Origin: Sulfolobus acidocaldarius DSM 639
Lineage (GTDB): Archaea > Thermoproteota > Thermoprotei_A > Sulfolobales > Sulfolobaceae
Direction: 5' to 3'
Assembly: GCF_000012285.1 (NCBI RefSeq)
Contig: NC_007181.1
Location: 1,140,001-1,172,000 of the forward strand
Length of the DNA: 32,000 nucleotides
Below are positions 29,308-32,000 of this stretch, in pieces (position 1 is the stretch's first letter; the number at the start of each line of letters is the position of its first letter). Under the pieces are notes generated by a model. The model saw nothing but the letters and a program-made list of their open reading frames with translations, did no database searches and was not told the DNA's origin. A program made the position numbers and the translations under genes.

Positions 29308-30423
29308 ATGTTATTAATACCAGGACCTGTAGAGGTTCCAAAAAGCGTTCTGGCTGCAACTAGCCTAGTAATAGACCATCGAGGGAATAAATTCAAAGAT
29401 ATAGTTAATAGACTTGAAAAACTTATGATTAAACATTTCTCTTCTAAGAGAGTAGCTCTTCTTACAGGTTCAGGCACACTTGCAGTTGAAGCTATGGTTT
29501 ATTCATTTACTAAAAGAGGTGAAAAAGTACTAGCACTTTCTTATGGCGAGTTTGGACGAAGACTTGCAGAGTCCATAAAGAGAAGGGGAGCAACATTAAG
29601 ACTCTACGATAAACCTATGGGACACTCCTTTTCACTGGAAGAAGTAAAACAGATTATAGAAGAAAATAAAGATGTTACCACAGTAGCACTAGTGCATAAT
29701 GAGACTAGTACAGGAATTGCACTGAGAAACTTAGAGGAAATAAGTAGGTTCATTAAAAACAAGGGATTAAAACTAATAGTAGACTCTGTATCTGGCTTTG
29801 CTGCCTATCAATTAATGGTTAATGAATGGAAAATTGATGCTGTTGCGACTGGTAGTCAAAAAGCTCTAGCATCGGTACCTGGATTGGGCTTTGTAGCAGT
29901 ATCTAGAGATGGCTTAAACGAAATGGTGAATGAAGATTTGCCAACATATTTAGACGTATCATTACATTTGAAGTTTCAAGACAAATACGAAACACCATTT
30001 ACCCCTGCAACAGGAGTATTTAACGCTACGTTAAGAGCTGCAGAATTACTTGAGTTAGAAGGAGTAGAACGAAGATGGAAAAGGCATGAGGCTTGTACTA
30101 AATATGTAAGAGATGCACTATCATACTTTGGTTTCAGTCTATTAGGTAACGAGAATAACTTTTCTAATACAGTTGTAGCAGCAATTCCGCCTATAAAGGA
30201 TTATAGAGCTAAATTAAAGGAGTTTAATGTCGAAATAGCAGGAGGTATGGGAGAACTTAGAGATAAAGTTGTTAGAATAGGTCTTTTAGGTATAGTTGAT
30301 GATAGAGCTGTTATGAAGCTAATAGGAATAACAGCAAGAATGTTTCACAGTCAATATGAAAAAGAGCCTCCATTAGAATGTAAACTTCCAGAAGAATTAA
30401 GAGAAGAGATTGAATGGAGTTAA
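29308..30423 (+). CDS. Class V (PLP) aminotransferase, likely phosphoserine / serine-glyoxylate type
   Basis: 371 aa. It has [25 protein letters not shown] and the PLP-lysine motif TGSQKAL. The start lies 2 nt after the serA-like stop. Confidence 0.8.
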   Translation: MLLIPGPVEVPKSVLAATSLVIDHRGNKFKDIVNRLEKLMIKHFSSKRVALLTGSGTLAVEAMVYSFTKRGEKVLALSYGEFGRRLAESIKRRGATLRLYDKPMGHSFSLEEVKQIIEENKDVTTVALVHNETSTGIALRNLEEISRFIKNKGLKLIVDSVSGFAAYQLMVNEWKIDAVATGSQKALASVPGLGFVAVSRDGLNEMVNEDLPTYLDVSLHLKFQDKYETPFTPATGVFNATLRAAELLELEGVERRWKRHEACTKYVRDALSYFGFSLLGNENNFSNTVVAAIPPIKDYRAKLKEFNVEIAGGMGELRDKVVRIGLLGIVDDRAVMKLIGITARMFHSQYEKEPPLECKLPEELREEIEWS

Positions 30424-30455
30424 TCTTTTTTCCTGAAGTTTAATATGTAGCATGT

Positions 30456-30725
30456 ATGACAATAGACAAGATTAACGAAATATTTAAAGAAAATTGGAAA
30501 AATAAATTAACAAAATATGAAATTGCAAGAATAATAAGTGCGCGCGCATTACAATTATCTATGGGAGCCTTACCACTGATAGATACTTCTAACCTAAAAT
30601 CTGATGACGTAATAAGTATAGCTGAGGAGGAATTAAAAAGAGGAGTTCTTCCGATAACTATAAGGAGAATTTATCCCAACGGGCAGGTTGAACTTATAAG
30701 TGTAAGAAAAATAGAGAACAGATAA
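30456..30725 (+). CDS. rpoK: DNA-directed RNA polymerase subunit K (Rpo6)
   Basis: 89 aa. [22 protein letters not shown] and ...[17 protein letters not shown] match the Rpo6/omega signature. Confidence 0.9.
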
Positions 30726-30731
30726 ATACAA

Positions 30732-32000
30732 ATGTCATGCAAAACTCCAAAAAACTACACACTTGTAATTGCTGAAAAAAGTAAGGCAGCAAGAAAAATC
30801 GCAGAAGCGTTGTCAAATAACTATTCATATTGTAAAAAATTCTACGTCAACTTCTGGATTGTAAATTACTCCTCTAAATATTATATAATATCACCAGCTG
30901 CAGGTCATTTGTTCAACTTATATGGCAATTCCTCATTTCCTGTCTATGAAACAGAATGGAAACCTTTATGGCAAATAGATCCTTCAGCTAGATATACAAA
31001 GAAATATTACGATTTAATTAAATCTCTATCTAAAGATGCACAGGAGTTTATCAATGCATGCGATTACGATATAGAAGGATCATTGATAGGTTATCTCATA
31101 ATAAATTTTTTAGGTGATATAAAAAGAGCTAAGAGAGCAAAATTTTCTGCTCTGACTAAAGAAGATATACTAAACTCTTTCAGAAACTTAAAACCTTTAG
31201 ACTATGACATGATTCATGCAGGTATAGCTAGACATAAAGTAGATTGGTTGTGGGGCATTAACGTAAGTAGAGCCCTTATGAAGAGCGTATATACACTTAC
31301 ACGAAAAAGAGTAATCCTAAGTGCTGGCAGAGTTCAGAGCCCGACATTAATACATGTAATAAACAATACAGTAAAGAGAGAATTATTTGTTCCTTTACCA
31401 TACTATTCAATTAATTTAACCATTAATTTAAAAAATAAAGAATTTAAGATAACAATACCAAAAACTTTCGAGAACAAGAATGAAGCAAAACAATACTTAG
31501 AGGAAATAAAAAAGGTAGGTGAAGTCACAGTAACTAACATAGAGTTAAAAGATGCTGTAATTTATAGACCGCCACCATTTAATTTAACAGATTTACAGCT
31601 AGAAGCTGGAAGACTATTTGGTTATTCACCATATTTAGTTGAAAGACTTGCGGAGAACCTGTACCTAAATGGGCTAATAAGTTATCCTAGAACTAATAGT
31701 CAAAAAATACCACCTTCTGTAAATATTTATCAAATAATTGACTCCCTCTCTAAGTCAAAAAGATACGGATCACTGATAAACACATTGTCTCAAATTACCA
31801 AAGGGAAGTATATAGTAAGGCAAGGAGAAAAAGATGATCCAGCACATCCTGCAATATATCCAACTGGAGAATTACCCTATAATTTGGATACCAAGGAATT
31901 GAAACTATATGAATTAATTTTGAGACGATTTTTAGCTTCAATGTCCACAGACGCTAGAGTTAGAAAACAAGAAATAACTTTAAGGATTCCTAAAGTTGAT
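30732..32000 (+). CDS. topA: Type IA DNA topoisomerase (topoisomerase III-like), 3' end outside window
   Basis: The frame is open from the ATG at 30732 to the window end (423 codons), which is why it is not in the ORF track. It has Toprim motifs [17 protein letters not shown] and ACDYDIEG, the active-site Tyr motif [10 protein letters not shown], and [11 protein letters not shown]. Confidence 0.9.
   Translation, partial: MSCKTPKNYTLVIAEKSKAARKIAEALSNNYSYCKKFYVNFWIVNYSSKYYIISPAAGHLFNLYGNSSFPVYETEWKPLWQIDPSARYTKKYYDLIKSLSKDAQEFINACDYDIEGSLIGYLIINFLGDIKRAKRAKFSALTKEDILNSFRNLKPLDYDMIHAGIARHKVDWLWGINVSRALMKSVYTLTRKRVILSAGRVQSPTLIHVINNTVKRELFVPLPYYSINLTINLKNKEFKITIPKTFENKNEAKQYLEEIKKVGEVTVTNIELKDAVIYRPPPFNLTDLQLEAGRLFGYSPYLVERLAENLYLNGLISYPRTNSQKIPPSVNIYQIIDSLSKSKRYGSLINTLSQITKGKYIVRQGEKDDPAHPAIYPTGELPYNLDTKELKLYELILRRFLASMSTDARVRKQEITLRIPKVD

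Noticed and set aside
29178-29477. 99-aa minus-strand ORF spanning the serA-like / aminotransferase junction.
   Set aside because: It is antisense to two well-supported genes and has no motif.

Overview
This is an AT-rich, tightly packed archaeal chromosomal segment that looks like a Sulfolobales-type crenarchaeon. The evidence is TBP, TFB, a TFE-beta/RPC34-like protein, RpoK, Nop5-fibrillarin, Gar1, GatDE, archaeal PGK/GAPDH, class I HMG-CoA reductase and a tRNA with a canonical bulge-helix-bulge intron. A/T-rich TATA boxes sit about 27 nt upstream of starts, and many adjacent genes overlap by 1-59 nt. I support 35 protein genes; two run off the window ends (tbp 5' part missing, topoisomerase 3' part missing). 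One gene, ribosomal protein eS30 at 9000-9164, is absent from the supplied ORF track. I also support one tRNA(CAU) and one candidate C/D box sRNA. The content is mostly core housekeeping: basal transcription, RNA modification, Gln-tRNA transamidation, B12-dependent ribonucleotide reductase, lower glycolysis, the mevalonate entry operon, serine/glycine metabolism and DNA repair/topology. I found no CRISPR array, IS element, integrase, toxin-antitoxin pair or defence island, and I do not claim a new system. Five signals stand out. (1) A thiolase-fold gene inside the translationally coupled HMG-CoA synthase / thiolase / DUF35 / HMG-CoA reductase operon has no cysteine or histidine at the catalytic positions. 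(2) A 53-nt C/D box sRNA candidate with exact 12-nt guide spacing sits in the gatE-downstream spacer, and its D box overlaps the next start codon. (3) Perfect 9-bp inverted repeats abut the TATA boxes of the mevalonate operon and of gar1-tfb. (4) A Cys-rich HTH protein lies next to nrdJ. (5) Several uncharacterised proteins are tightly coupled to known machinery. All family assignments come from motif recognition by eye, with no database search.
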